A stretch of 64,000 nucleotides of DNA from an archaeon (GTDB lineage: Archaea > Nanobdellota > Nanobdellia > Pacearchaeales > GW2011-AR1), in contig JABHSE010000001.1 of assembly GCA_018697035.1 (NCBI GenBank), positions 29,653-93,652 on the forward strand, read 5' to 3'. Below the pieces are notes generated by a model. It ran no database searches. It worked only from the letters and a program-made list of their open reading frames with translations, and was not told the DNA's origin. The position numbers and the translations under genes are program-made. This document shows, in pieces, positions 9,589-18,335 of the stretch (position 1 is the stretch's first letter; each line of letters begins with the position of its first letter).

Positions 9589-9694
9589 GTGTGAAGTTTG
9601 GAGTAGGGTTGTGGGTTATTTGAGACCGACTGTTCGATGGAATGATGGGAAATTAGCTGAATTTGGTGATAGGACTACTTTCGGTTCCTGCTAA
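9575..9694 (+). CDS. Stand-alone NrdD glycyl-radical domain (39 aa, MARTKCEVWSRVVGYLRPTVRWNDGKLAEFGDRTTFGSC)
   Basis: Below the ORF-track cutoff; SRVVGYLRP motif; SD GAGGTGA at 9563-9569. Confidence 0.92.
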   Translation: MARTKCEVWSRVVGYLRPTVRWNDGKLAEFGDRTTFGSC

Positions 9695-9700
9695 TTTTCC

Positions 9701-9799
9701 TGCTGATTTCTAGCGGTTTATACTTCGTTGGACGAACGCTCACGTACTCTTGTACGCTTCGCAACCGTCCGCCTCGTCTAAACCTGCTGTAAATCAGCA
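9701..9799 (+). repeat. Stop-codon-associated hairpin repeat, subfamily A, copy 1
   Basis: TGCTGATTT/AAATCAGCA arms; core TACTTCGTT-GGACG...CGTAC-TCTT-GTACG...CGTCC-GCCTCGTCTAA. Confidence 0.9.
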
Positions 9800-9860
9800 T
9801 GGTTTTTATTATATGGTTTAGTATAATAATTATTATAAGTGGCTGTTGTGTTTTTTTATT

Positions 9861-10340
9861 ATGGAGGATGATTTGCGTTTTCAGAAGAGTAATAGTAATT
9901 TTATTGAGAGGTTTTGGGGAGGGTATGTTTCTATTGAGCGAGGTGGCGGATATCAAGTTAAGAGGTTGACTTTGAAGCCTGGTAAGCGGATTAGTTTGCA
10001 GAAGCATTTACATCGGTCGGAGCATTGGGTTGTTGTGTCTGGGGTTGCTAAGATTGTGCTTGGTGGTGAGAGTATTGTTTTGGGAAAAAATGAATCTACT
10101 TATGTTGGTGTTGGGGTTGTTCATCGGTTGGAGAATATGGGGAAGATTGATCTTGAGATTATTGAGGTTCAGATGGGTGAGTATTTGGGTGAGGATGATA
10201 TTGAGAGGTTCGAAGATGATTTTGGACGGGTTGATGGAGAGGACTTGTCTACGGATTATATGGGTGGCCATGGATTTGAGAGTGAGGTTGATTTGGTTAG
10301 TGAGGAGTTTTGTATTGGGGAAGGGTGTGGGGAAGAATGA
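9861..10340 (+). CDS. Cupin, mannose-6-phosphate isomerase type II C-terminal-like
   Basis: ISLQKHLHRSEHWVVVSG, HRLEN, IEVQMGEYLGEDDIERFED. Confidence 0.9.
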   Translation: MEDDLRFQKSNSNFIERFWGGYVSIERGGGYQVKRLTLKPGKRISLQKHLHRSEHWVVVSGVAKIVLGGESIVLGKNESTYVGVGVVHRLENMGKIDLEIIEVQMGEYLGEDDIERFEDDFGRVDGEDLSTDYMGGHGFESEVDLVSEEFCIGEGCGEE

Positions 10341-11044
10341 AGATTGCGGGATTGCAAAAAGTTTCGACGATTGATTATCCTGGGGAAATTTGTTGTGTGG
10401 TTTTTTTATTTGGTTGTAATTTTAGATGTGGGTTTTGTTATAACCCAGAATTGGTTGTTGGAGATGGTAAGCAGGAATTAGGGTTTTCTCAGGATGAGGT
10501 TTTGGAATTTTTATCTAGACGGATTGGGAAGTTAGATGGGGTTTGTATTTCGGGAGGCGAGCCTTTGATGAGTTTGGATTTTGATTTTGTGAAGAAGGTT
10601 AAGGAGATGGGATTTAAGATTAAAATTGACACTAATGGGAGTTTTCCTGATAAGCTTAAAGATTTGATTGATGAGGGGTTTGTTGATTATATTGCGATGG
10701 ATGTTAAGGGTGCGCGGGATGATTATTTTGAAATTGTGAATGCTGATGTTTGTTTGGAAAAGATTGAAAGGTCTATTAAGATTGTGAATGATTTCGGGGG
10801 TGAGTTCCGGACGACGATTGTTCCAGGGTTACATGATGTGGATAGTGTTTTGGAAATGGGCGAGTGGATGGGGCGTGTTTGTGGGAGGCCACCTGGGAAG
10901 ATTTTTTTGCAGGGGTTTAAGGTTTCTCATGATGGAATGATTGATTCGGCGTTTTTGAAGAAGGTTGATGTTTTGGAGGGGGAGTTGTTGAGGATGAAGG
11001 TGGAGGTTGAGGGGTTGTTTGGAGAAGTTGGGGTTCGGGTGTAG
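10337..11044 (+). CDS. nrdG: Anaerobic RNR activase (radical SAM)
   Basis: GCNFRCGFCYNPEL, SGGEP, DTNGS; ATGA overlap with the cupin gene. Confidence 0.93.
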   Translation: MKIAGLQKVSTIDYPGEICCVVFLFGCNFRCGFCYNPELVVGDGKQELGFSQDEVLEFLSRRIGKLDGVCISGGEPLMSLDFDFVKKVKEMGFKIKIDTNGSFPDKLKDLIDEGFVDYIAMDVKGARDDYFEIVNADVCLEKIERSIKIVNDFGGEFRTTIVPGLHDVDSVLEMGEWMGRVCGRPPGKIFLQGFKVSHDGMIDSAFLKKVDVLEGELLRMKVEVEGLFGEVGVRV

Positions 11045-11045
11045 A

Positions 11046-12278
11046 TTAATTTATTTTTTGTGCTAGTCTTTCTATTGCGTTTATGTAAGCGGCTATCCTT
11101 GTCGATGTTTGATGTTTTGTTTTTTTATTTAAGATTTCTTGTGTTGCATTGAACATTTTTTCTTTTAGTTTTTTGTCAACCTCTTCTGCTGTCCAGGATT
11201 CTTTGTTTATATTTTGATACCATTCGTAATAAGATACGGTTACACCGCCTGCGTTTGCTAGGATGTCTGGGAGGATAAGGATGTTTTTGGATTCTAGGAT
11301 TTTGTCGGCTTCAGGAGTTGTTGGTCCGTTTGCTAATTCTAGGATTATTTTTGCTTTTATTTGTTCTGCGTTTTTTTCTGTGATTTGATTTGCTAGGGCT
11401 GCTGGGACGAGGATGTCGCATTCTAATTCTAATAATTCTTGATTTGTTATTGTAGTTGTGTTAGGAATATCTTGCAGGTTGCCGTTTTGTTTTTTGTGTT
11501 CTAATACTGATTTGATATCTAGTCCTTCTTGGTTATATATTGCGTTTTTAGAATCTGAGATTGCGATGATTTTTGAATTGTCTTCTGATATTAGTTTTGC
11601 GAAGTTGCTTCCTGCGTTGCCGATTCCTTGTATTATTATGGTGGCGTTTTTTAGGGTTGAGATTATCTGGGTTTGTTCGATTGCTTTTTGTAAGACGAAT
11701 TGTCCGCCTCTTGCTGTTGCTGTGTCTCGTCCTAGTGAGCCTCCGTTCTCGATGGATTTTCCTGTGACTACTGCTCTCGCTTCTTCTATTGGTGTGGAAG
11801 TTTGTTTAGAGTATTCGTCTACTATGATGTCCATGATTTTGGCATTGGTGTATACGTCTGGTGCTGGGATGTCTTGTTGTGGTCCGATTACTGGTGTTAT
11901 TTTTTTTATGAAGGCGCGTGTTATGTTTTCTAGTTCTTTGTCTGATAATTCTTTTGGGTTACAGATTACACCACCTTTTCCGCCGCCTAGTGGGAGTCCT
12001 ACTGTCGCTGTTTTTATTGTCATCCAGGTTGCTAGTGCTGAGACTTCGTTTAGGTCGACTTGTGGATGGTATCGGATTCCGCCTTTGTATGGGCCGAGTA
12101 GAGAATTGTGTTGGATTCTGTATCCTGTGAATATCTTTGTTGAATCGTCGTCCATTTTGACTGGGAAGTTGACTTTTGTTTCTCGCTCGGTGTTTAGGAT
12201 TATGTTTAATTTTTCTTGTGAGAGGTTTAATTTTTCTGCGGCTTTTTTTATTATTGTTTTTGCGTTTTCTAATTCCAT
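11046..12278 (-). CDS. gdhA: Glutamate dehydrogenase
   Basis: GPYKGGIRY, GGGKGG, DIPAPDV, ELANGPTT, NAGGVTVSY. Confidence 0.96.
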   Translation of the reverse strand: MELENAKTIIKKAAEKLNLSQEKLNIILNTERETKVNFPVKMDDDSTKIFTGYRIQHNSLLGPYKGGIRYHPQVDLNEVSALATWMTIKTATVGLPLGGGKGGVICNPKELSDKELENITRAFIKKITPVIGPQQDIPAPDVYTNAKIMDIIVDEYSKQTSTPIEEARAVVTGKSIENGGSLGRDTATARGGQFVLQKAIEQTQIISTLKNATIIIQGIGNAGSNFAKLISEDNSKIIAISDSKNAIYNQEGLDIKSVLEHKKQNGNLQDIPNTTTITNQELLELECDILVPAALANQITEKNAEQIKAKIILELANGPTTPEADKILESKNILILPDILANAGGVTVSYYEWYQNINKESWTAEEVDKKLKEKMFNATQEILNKKTKHQTSTRIAAYINAIERLAQKIN

Positions 12279-12341
12279 TTACTTTTTAGGTTGTTTTTGT
12301 TTTTAGTTGTTTGTTATCAGTGTTGACATGCTTACTAATGT

Positions 12342-12419
12342 AAGTGGCTCTTGGTCCTTCGTTTTATTCCATAAGAAATCACGGCACCTTCGGCACACAT
12401 GATTTCCTATGGGCACTTA
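12342..12419. other. Intergenic imperfect hairpin in the divergent gdhA/dut spacer
   Basis: CCATAAGAAATCA pairs with TGATTTCCTATGG; outer TAAGTG/CACTTA. Confidence 0.55.
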
Positions 12420-12469
12420 TAGGATTTTATATAATAATTTTTATATAGTGATTTTTAGTTGAATTTTGT

Positions 12470-13147
12470 ATGGCACCAATAAAACAAAGCGTACCCTTGA
12501 AGGGCAAGAATATTTTGAAGGGGAGGTATCGGCATTTTAAGGGAGGTGAATATGAAGTTTTGTCTGTTGCTTCTAATTGTGATAATCCCGAGCAGGAGCT
12601 TGTTGTTTATCGGGCGCTTTATGGGGAGGGTAAGATTTGGGTTCGGTTGTTGAGTGAGTTTATTGGGTTTAAGGATATTGGTGGGAAGAAGGTTGAGAGA
12701 TTTGAGAAGATTGGTGACGAGGGGAAAGGGGTTTGTGTTAGGGTTAAGAGATTGAGAGAGGATGCGGTTTTGCCGAAGTATGCTCGTGAAGGGGATGCTG
12801 CGATGGATGTTGTTGCTGTTTCTAAGAGAGTTTGTGATAATTATATAGAATATGGGACTGGTTTGGCTTTTGAGGTTCCTGAAGGTCATGTGATGTTGAT
12901 GTTTCCTCGGAGCAGTAATACCAAGAGTGATTTGATTTTGGGGAACTCAGTTGGGGTTTTGGATTCTGGGTATCGTGGGGAGTTGATGATTAGGTTTAAT
13001 GTTATTGGGGACAAGGGGCATTATGAGGTTGGAGATAGGATTGTGCAGATTATGATTTTGCCTTGTCCTGAGGTTGAGTTTGTGGAGAGTGAGGAGTTGT
13101 CGGAGAGTTCAAGGGGAGAGGGGCGGTTTGGGTCGACTGGGAAGTAG
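12470..13147 (+). CDS. dut: DUF1653-dUTPase fusion
   Basis: GRYRHFKGGEYEV...VVYRALYGE..WVR (DUF1653) followed by PRSS, GVLDSGYRGE, RGEGRFGSTG. Confidence 0.9.
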   Translation: MAPIKQSVPLKGKNILKGRYRHFKGGEYEVLSVASNCDNPEQELVVYRALYGEGKIWVRLLSEFIGFKDIGGKKVERFEKIGDEGKGVCVRVKRLREDAVLPKYAREGDAAMDVVAVSKRVCDNYIEYGTGLAFEVPEGHVMLMFPRSSNTKSDLILGNSVGVLDSGYRGELMIRFNVIGDKGHYEVGDRIVQIMILPCPEVEFVESEELSESSRGEGRFGSTGK

Positions 13148-13195
13148 AGGATTTAGTATAGTAGTCTTTATATATTTTTGAGAGTATGTTAGATT

Positions 13196-14230
13196 ATGAT
13201 TATTGGGATTACTGGGACGTTTGGTGCTGGGAAGGGAACGGTTGTTGAGTTTTTGAAAGAGAAGGGTTTTGAGCATTTTTCGGTTAGGGAGTTTTTGATT
13301 GAGGAGATTTCGAAGAGGGGTTTGGAGGTTAGTCAAGGGAATATGGCTTCTGTTGCTAATGACTTGAGGGCTAAGAATGGGGCGAGTTATATTGTTGAGG
13401 AGTTGTATCGGAAGGCTGCGCTTTCAAGGGGGGATGTTGTTATTGAGAGTTTGAGGTGTCCTGGTGAGGTTGAGGTACTTAAGGGGAAAGATGGTTTTGT
13501 TTTGTGGGCGGTGGATGCTGATATTGAGAATAGGTATACTCGGACGATTGAAAGGAGTGATAGTGTTGGGGATGAGAAGGGTTTTTCGTTTCAGCAGTTT
13601 ATGCAAAGGGAACAGGAGCAAATGGGGAATAAGGATCCGACGATGCAGAACTTAGGGGTTTGTATTGAGATGGCGGATGTTGTTTTCCGGAACGATTGGA
13701 CGATTGCGGAATTGAAGGGGAAAGTGGAGAAGGTGCTTGAGAAGAAGATTGATGGGAATGTGAGACCTAGTTGGGATGAGTATTTTATGAAGTTGGCGGC
13801 TTTGGTTGGAGAGAGGTCAACTTGTTTAAGACATAATATTGGTGCTATTATTGTTAAAGATAAGAGGGTTATTACTACTGGTTATAATGGTTCGGCTAAG
13901 GGGATGCCTAATTGTGTTGAGGTTGGGTGCTTGAAGGATGAGTTGGGGATTAAGACTGGAACTGGACATGAGACTTGTCGCGCTGTTCATGCTGAGATGA
14001 ATGCAATTATTCAAGGAGCTTCACATGGTATTTCCGTTGAAGGGACTACTATATATTGTACTCATACTCCGTGCACTCTTTGTGCTAGGATGATTGTGAA
14101 TGCGGGGATAAAGAGGGTAGTTAGTTATCGTGATTATTCTGATGAGGGAGCTAGAAAGTTTTTGGAAAAAGCGAATGTTGTTTTGGATAAGATTGGTAGA
14201 CCTTCTGATAAAATAAGGTTTGTGGATTAA
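13196..14230 (+). CDS. P-loop kinase fused to dCMP/dCTP deaminase
   Basis: IIGITGTFGAGKGT; RPSWDEYFM, HAEMNAI, PCTLC. Confidence 0.9.
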   Translation: MIIGITGTFGAGKGTVVEFLKEKGFEHFSVREFLIEEISKRGLEVSQGNMASVANDLRAKNGASYIVEELYRKAALSRGDVVIESLRCPGEVEVLKGKDGFVLWAVDADIENRYTRTIERSDSVGDEKGFSFQQFMQREQEQMGNKDPTMQNLGVCIEMADVVFRNDWTIAELKGKVEKVLEKKIDGNVRPSWDEYFMKLAALVGERSTCLRHNIGAIIVKDKRVITTGYNGSAKGMPNCVEVGCLKDELGIKTGTGHETCRAVHAEMNAIIQGASHGISVEGTTIYCTHTPCTLCARMIVNAGIKRVVSYRDYSDEGARKFLEKANVVLDKIGRPSDKIRFVD

Positions 14231-14279
14231 TCCATACAATACTTAAGTTTTTAAATTAATTATATGATATAGTTTTATT

Positions 14280-14354
14280 GGCTCCGTAGCTCAGCCTGGT
14301 TAGAGCACTGGACTTTTAATCCAGGTGTCGGGGGTTCAAATCCCCTCGGGGCCA
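14280..14354 (+). tRNA. tRNA-Lys(TTT)
   Basis: Cloverleaf GGCTCCG/CGGGGCC, anticodon arm CTGGA-CTTTTAA-TCCAG, GGTTCAAATCC. Confidence 0.97.
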
Positions 14355-14529
14355 TGTTAGATTTGAACGCACAGGGGTTCACCCAGTAGGTGATCTGGTG
14401 ATCAAAATCCCCTCGGGGCCATGCCGGGTATTTGAACAACCTTCGTTTCAAAGAAACTCGGAACGAAAATTAAACATTTTCTGAAAAGTTTATTTCTTCG
14501 AAAAAACTTTTAATCCCCTCGGGGCCATG
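14338..14529 (+). repeat. Three direct copies of the tRNA-Lys 3' end (AATCCCCTCGGGGCCATG)
   Basis: Copies at 14339-14356, 14406-14423 and 14512-14529. Confidence 0.92.
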
Positions 14530-14643
14530 TTTTTTATTTTGTCAGTTTTTTGACCCGAACCACTATGTAATAACAAAAGTCGAAAGGTTTTTAAAGGGAT
14601 TTTTGATGTTTTGATTATCTAAAGGGATATTCTAAAAGGTAAA

Positions 14644-14838
14644 ATGCACGTACTCCAACCAAAGCACGAGAAACTGACGGGTGAAGAGGTTGAGAAACTT
14701 TTGAAAAAGTTTAATATTAACTCGATGCAGTTACCTAAGATTTCTAAAAAGGATCCGGCGCTTTCTGAGGATTGTGATACGGGCGATATTGTGAAGATTT
14801 CTAGAGCCGATGAAGAATACTTCAGGGTCGTGATTTAG
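14644..14838 (+). CDS. rpoH: RNA polymerase subunit H (Rpo5)
   Basis: HVLQPKHEKL, LPKI..KDPA, GDIVKISR, YFRVV; position in the operon. Confidence 0.93.
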   Translation: MHVLQPKHEKLTGEEVEKLLKKFNINSMQLPKISKKDPALSEDCDTGDIVKISRADEEYFRVVI

Positions 14839-14896
14839 ATGGCCGAAGTAACATTAAAAATATTTCATACAGACATTTGTTCGCTTGAGGTGAAAA

Positions 14897-17800
14897 ATGG
14901 CTGAACATGTACTTGTCAAGGAATTTTTGAAGAATCATTCTCTTGTTGAGTCGAATATTAAGTCGTTTAATAATTTTATTGAGAAGAGGATGCAGGAGAT
15001 TATTACAGAATTGAGTGATGGTTTGCCTAATGAGGATTTTGAGATTAAGCTTGGGAAGGTTCGTGTTGGGAAGCCGAATGTGATTGAGAGTGATGGTTCA
15101 TCTAAACCGATTACTCCTGCTGAGATTAGATTAAGGAATTTGACTTACTCGGCTCCTATTTGGATGGAGATGACAATTAATTATGCGGGTCAGGTTGAGA
15201 CAGAAGAGGTTGAGCTGGGACGGATTCCTGTGATGGTGAAGAGCGATGTTTGTAACTTGAAAGGTATGAGTGAGACTGAGTTGGTTGAGAATTATATTGA
15301 TCCTAAGGATTATGGCGGATACTTTTTGATTAATGGGAATGAGAGGGTTATGGTTATGGCGGAGGAATTGGCGTCGAATCAGACTTTTGTTGAGTGGCAG
15401 AAGATTAAGAGTAGAATGATTTTGAGGATGTTTTCGCAGAGGGGTGCTTATAAGATTCCGGTTTCTTTAGTTGAGAGTGTTGATGGTATTATGGAGATTT
15501 CATTCTCTAGGTTTAGGGATATTCCTGCGGTTGTTTTATTGAAGGCTTTAGGTATTAATAGCGACGCTGATATTGCGAAGTTGATTGGTAAGCAGACAGA
15601 TAGTTTGGTTGTGAATTTGTATGAGTATGCTGATATTGGGAATGTGAATGATGCTTTGATGTGGATTGCGGAGAAGAGTTCATTGCAAGGGACAAACAGG
15701 GAGATGTTGGATAGAGTTAAGCAAAGAATTGATTCTTATTTTTTACCACATATTGGTTTGGATAAGAAGGCCAGGTTGGAGAAGGCTAGGACTCTTTGTA
15801 AATTTATTAAGCAGTTCTATATTGCTAAGGATAACCCTGGTGAAGCTATGACTGATAAAGATCATTATGCTAATAAGAGGGTTAGGTTGTCTGGTGATTT
15901 GTTGGCTGATTTATTTAGGGTTAACATTAATATTTTACTTCGAGAGGTTCAACATACTTTGCAGAAGACGGTTAAGAGGCGTAAGTTTTATTCTATTAAG
16001 ACTATTGCAAAATCTACTTTGTTTACACATCGAGTTGAATCGGCGATTGCTACTGGTTCTTGGATTGGAGAGAGGAAAGGTGTTACTCAGAATATTGATA
16101 AGAATAATTCATTTGCGATTATGAGTCAATTGCAAAGGGTTACTTCAACTTTGCCTGGAGAGCAAGAGAATTTTGCGGCGAGGACTGTTCATCCTACTCA
16201 TTATGGAAGGTTTTGTCCAATTGAGACTCCTGAAGGAACTGAAATTGGGTTGAGGAAGAATTTGGCTTTGCTTGCTCGTGTTTCTACTAGGACGACGATG
16301 GAAGACGACGATATATTGAAAGTGTTGAAGGGGATTGGAATGAAGGATGATGGAGAACTGGATGTATTCTATAATGGACGATTTGTCGGCTCGACAGATG
16401 ATGTTGAAGGATTTGTTAATAATGTTAAGAATGAGAGGCGTGAAGGGAATTTGCCGGTTGAGATGTCTGTTCGTTTTGATAGATTCTTGGATACTATTTA
16501 TATTAGTTCAGAGATTGGTCGAGTAATTCGTCCTTTGATTGTTGTTGATAATGGTGAGTCGAGGTTGAAGCCAGAGCACATTGAGTTGGTTAAGCAGGGA
16601 AGTTTGAATTGGGGGAATTTGTTTGAGAAGGGAATTTTGGAATATTTAGATGCTGCTGAAGAAGATGATTGTTATGTTTGTTTAGAGGAGGATAAGTTGA
16701 CTTCAGAGCATACGCATTTGGAAGTTGATAAGATGGATGTTTTCGGAGTTAGTGTTTCGTTGATTCCGTTTGGTAATAATGATCCGCCTGCTCGTATGGT
16801 TAAGGGTGGTTCGAGGGCTTATCGTCAGGGACTCGGGTTATATGCTGGGAATTTTCCGGTGAGGATTGATACTGATGTTTCGATTTTGCATTATGCTCAA
16901 AAGCCTTTAGTCAGGAGTTTTACCTATGATACTTTGAATGTTCATCCAGTTGGGCAGAATGTTGTTTTGGCGGTTATGCCCTATGATGGTTATAATATTG
17001 AGGATGCTATTGTTTTGAATAGTGGTTCGATTGACCGTGGTTTTGGTCGGAGCAGTAGACTGAAGCCTCATGTATCTGTTGAGTTGAATTATGCTGGTGG
17101 TTTGAAGGATGAGATTTGTATTCCAGATAAGGATGTTTCGGGTTATAGAATGGAAGAGAGTTATCGGTTTTTGGAGGATGATGGTATTGTTTATCCTGAG
17201 GCTGAGTTGCATGAAGGTGAGGTTATTATTGGGAAGACTACTCCTCCGAAGTTTTTGAGTGAAGCTCGTGATATTTCGATTCAGACCAAGAAGGAAGGTT
17301 CTGTTGCTATTAAACAGGAAGAGAGGGGAATTGTCGACGCTGTTTTTATGACGCACGATAAGGAAGGTAATAGGATTATTCAGGTTAGGACTCGAGAGAT
17401 TAGGATTCCTGAGGTTGGGGATAAGTTTTCGGTGCCTCATGGTCAGAAGGGTATTGTTGGTATGGTTGCTCCTGCGTCGGATGTTCCATTTAGTGTTAGT
17501 GGTATTAGTCCTAGTATAATGTTTAATCCGCATGGTATTCCTTCGCGTATGACTGTTGGTTATTTGATGGATGTTTTGGCTGGCAAGGTTGCGGCTTTGA
17601 GGGGTTCTATTGTTGATGCTTCTAGTTTTTCGGGTGAAACGATTGAAGGTTTGGAGGATGGCTTGAAGAAGCTTGGGTTTAGGGCGAATGGTAAGGAGAC
17701 TATGTATAATGCAGTTACTGGGGAAAGAATGCCGGTTAAGATTTTTGTTGGGAATATGTTTTATTTGAAGTTGAAATATATGGTTGCGGATAAGATGCAC

Positions 17801-18148
17801 GCTCGTGCTTCTGGGAAGATTGCATTGCTTACTCGGCAGCCTATTGCTGGTCGTTCACGTGGTGGTGCTTTGAGGCTTGGGGAAATGGAGCAAGAGGCTT
17901 TGGTTGGTCATGGTGCGTCTCTGTTGTTGAAGGAACGGTATGATTCGGATAAGGTTGTGATTAATATTTGTAGTAAGTGTGGAGCGATTGTTATTGATGA
18001 CCAGATTCATAATAAGAGAGTTTGTTCACTTTGCCATTCGAATCAGGTTGAGCCGGTTGAGGTTTCTTACGCGTTCAAGTTGTTGATTGAGGAGTTGCAG
18101 GGATTGCATTTATTAACTAAATTCGAGATGAAGAATAAATATGAATAA
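14897..18148 (+). CDS. rpoB: RNA polymerase subunit B (Rpo2, unsplit)
   Basis: GGYFLINGNERV, CPIETPEG, GDKFSVPHGQKG, LRLGEMEQ. Confidence 0.97.
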   Translation: MAEHVLVKEFLKNHSLVESNIKSFNNFIEKRMQEIITELSDGLPNEDFEIKLGKVRVGKPNVIESDGSSKPITPAEIRLRNLTYSAPIWMEMTINYAGQVETEEVELGRIPVMVKSDVCNLKGMSETELVENYIDPKDYGGYFLINGNERVMVMAEELASNQTFVEWQKIKSRMILRMFSQRGAYKIPVSLVESVDGIMEISFSRFRDIPAVVLLKALGINSDADIAKLIGKQTDSLVVNLYEYADIGNVNDALMWIAEKSSLQGTNREMLDRVKQRIDSYFLPHIGLDKKARLEKARTLCKFIKQFYIAKDNPGEAMTDKDHYANKRVRLSGDLLADLFRVNINILLREVQHTLQKTVKRRKFYSIKTIAKSTLFTHRVESAIATGSWIGERKGVTQNIDKNNSFAIMSQLQRVTSTLPGEQENFAARTVHPTHYGRFCPIETPEGTEIGLRKNLALLARVSTRTTMEDDDILKVLKGIGMKDDGELDVFYNGRFVGSTDDVEGFVNNVKNERREGNLPVEMSVRFDRFLDTIYISSEIGRVIRPLIVVDNGESRLKPEHIELVKQGSLNWGNLFEKGILEYLDAAEEDDCYVCLEEDKLTSEHTHLEVDKMDVFGVSVSLIPFGNNDPPARMVKGGSRAYRQGLGLYAGNFPVRIDTDVSILHYAQKPLVRSFTYDTLNVHPVGQNVVLAVMPYDGYNIEDAIVLNSGSIDRGFGRSSRLKPHVSVELNYAGGLKDEICIPDKDVSGYRMEESYRFLEDDGIVYPEAELHEGEVIIGKTTPPKFLSEARDISIQTKKEGSVAIKQEERGIVDAVFMTHDKEGNRIIQVRTREIRIPEVGDKFSVPHGQKGIVGMVAPASDVPFSVSGISPSIMFNPHGIPSRMTVGYLMDVLAGKVAALRGSIVDASSFSGETIEGLEDGLKKLGFRANGKETMYNAVTGERMPVKIFVGNMFYLKLKYMVADKMHARASGKIALLTRQPIAGRSRGGALRLGEMEQEALVGHGASLLLKERYDSDKVVINICSKCGAIVIDDQIHNKRVCSLCHSNQVEPVEVSYAFKLLIEELQGLHLLTKFEMKNKYE

Positions 18149-18335
18149 TGATATAAGACACGACGCTAATGGAGGATTTACTGTTATGTATGATGCTGAA
18201 GTAGAGAAGGGAATTAAGAATGGCGCGTGTTATTTGGCTTGTAATACGAGTGAAGCGGGAAGGGGTTTGGTTTGTATGGATGATTTTTCGCGGGTTTGTT
18301 CTCTTAATGTTAAATATGTGGGAGATCAAGAATGA
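18141..18335 (+). CDS. Orphan ORF (64 aa) between rpoB and rpoA
   Basis: Overlaps rpoB by 8 nt and rpoA by ATGA. Confidence 0.55.
   Translation: MNNDIRHDANGGFTVMYDAEVEKGIKNGACYLACNTSEAGRGLVCMDDFSRVCSLNVKYVGDQE

Noticed and set aside
9560..9600. nrdD split as a sequencing frameshift or pseudogene
   Set aside because: The small ORF has its own ATG and a strong SD, and both parts are intact. Not formally excluded without reads.
9701..9799. Hairpins as SECIS/PYLIS recoding elements or simple intrinsic terminators
   Set aside because: Upstream genes end at their expected C-termini with mixed TAA/TAG/TGA stops and have no in-frame recoded codon. The structures are long and only some copies have a following T tract.
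10248..10277. Degenerate 9-bp periodicity (CTACGGATT/ATATGGGTG/CCATGGATT) in the cupin tail
   Set aside because: Too short and degenerate to support as a repeat.
11458..12306. 282-aa + strand ORF antisense to gdhA
   Set aside because: Shadow of a clear conserved gene, with no motif of its own.
14338..14529. Direct repeats as a mini CRISPR array
   Set aside because: The repeat is the tRNA 3' end, only 18 bp long; spacers are unequal (49 and 88 nt); there are no cas genes.
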